Shown here in pieces: positions 15,468 to 16,426 of a stretch of DNA of 16,426 nucleotides (its first letter is position 1; every line of letters starts with the position of its first letter). The notes under the pieces are model-generated. The model was not told the DNA's origin. It saw nothing but the letters and a program-made list of their open reading frames with translations, and did no database searches. The position numbers and the translations under genes are program-made. This DNA comes from Trueperaceae bacterium (lineage in GTDB: Bacteria; Deinococcota; Deinococci; Deinococcales; Trueperaceae): the NCBI GenBank assembly GCA_040905465.1, contig JBBDRK010000050.1:1-16426 (forward strand). Direction: 5' to 3'.

Positions 15468-16355
15468 ATGAATCCGGGGCTGACTGGCTACGCAAAGCAG
15501 GAATACCTCATGAAGGTCACCGAGTTCATGACGGCCTGCCGCCGGCGTTCTCCGCTCGGTGGTCTATGGGACGTAGCCGACTTGCACTGGTGGTGGCGAG
15601 ACGGCGGATACGGCAACCCGGAGCAGCAGCTCTTTCTCGAGGCGCCCAGTGGGCAAGCGTTGGGATTCATACTCCTGTCGGAACAGTACGATACCTTCGA
15701 TTACGAGATTCTGCCGGGCCACGAGGAAAGCGAAGCCGCCGCGACAATGTTTCGCCACGCCCTGGGCTGGCTAAAGGGCAGGCTCGCTTCCAGCAGCAAG
15801 CCGGAATCCATAAGTTTCTTCATCAGGGACAGCCACTCGACGTTACGGAAGCTCGCAGAGGCGGAGGGTTTTCGGGCAAGCATGAAGACGTATGTTCAAA
15901 CCGCACTGAGACTCCCACTCCCCGAACCGGGGTCCCTGGCACCGATTGCCGATAACATCCGCTCGATTCGGGAGACGGACCTCTCCGGCGGACGACCGCC
16001 CGTGCTCCACACGTCGGCAGCCAAGTTTTCCCGGGTTTGCGAGACGCCCTTGTACCGCCCCAAGCACCACCTGGTCGGCGTCGATCCAAACGACCAGCCG
16101 GTTGCGGAATGTATCTGTTGGATCGACCAGGTCAATGATATCGGAGTGCTCGAACCGATGGAAACACATCCGGATCACCGGCGCCGGGGCCATGGGAGCG
16201 AGATCCTCCGCGCAGCCTTGAGACTGATTTCCGTGTCCGGCGGAAAATTCGCGAAAGTATCACACTACAACTCGAACATTGCGGCCGCTCGACTCTACCG
16301 GTCCCTGGGATTCCGGCCCGTGTTCGAGAGGGTCGTCTACGAGATCGACGGCTAG
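15468..16355 (+). CDS. GNAT-family N-acetyltransferase (C-terminal GNAT domain)
   Basis: GVLEPMETHPDHRRRGHG (acetyl-CoA motif A), NIAAARLYRSLGF; TACAGT 6 nt before ATG 15468; 295 aa. Confidence 0.87.
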   Translation: MNPGLTGYAKQEYLMKVTEFMTACRRRSPLGGLWDVADLHWWWRDGGYGNPEQQLFLEAPSGQALGFILLSEQYDTFDYEILPGHEESEAAATMFRHALGWLKGRLASSSKPESISFFIRDSHSTLRKLAEAEGFRASMKTYVQTALRLPLPEPGSLAPIADNIRSIRETDLSGGRPPVLHTSAAKFSRVCETPLYRPKHHLVGVDPNDQPVAECICWIDQVNDIGVLEPMETHPDHRRRGHGSEILRAALRLISVSGGKFAKVSHYNSNIAAARLYRSLGFRPVFERVVYEIDG

Positions 16356-16426
16356 TGGTGAAACGAGCGAACACAGCTTGTGGCCGAAAACAGGAAGTCA
16401 CGACGTCATGCCGGTTCGCCGCCAAA

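Noticed and set aside
16356-16426. Possible start of a further + strand gene
   Set aside because: Too little sequence to support a call.

Overview
High-GC bacterial chromosomal window, most likely Deinococcota (Trueperaceae-like). This is inferred from the S20 sequence ([15 protein letters not shown]) and from repeated leaderless TANNNT-5/6nt-start promoters. Left to right: a probable IS110-family non-coding left end (candidate bridge/seek RNA) abutting the 3' remnant of a surface-protein gene; a tRNA Ser(TGA)-Ser(GCT)-Arg(ACG) operon; a TrmJ/LasT-type methyltransferase; rpsT; a translationally coupled pair of a Cys-less molybdopterin-oxidoreductase-fold lipoprotein and a 2TM-GAF-GGDEF-EAL protein, resembling the Agrobacterium PruR-DcpA pterin/c-di-GMP module; a structured intergenic element; a HAD hydrolase plus SAM methyltransferase; a complete proteobacterial-type ectR / ectABCD-ask (hydroxy)ectoine cluster that looks horizontally acquired; a diaminopropionate ammonia-lyase-family gene that appears to start at ATC; and APH-family and GNAT-family genes. 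All calls come from reading the sequence; no searches were run.
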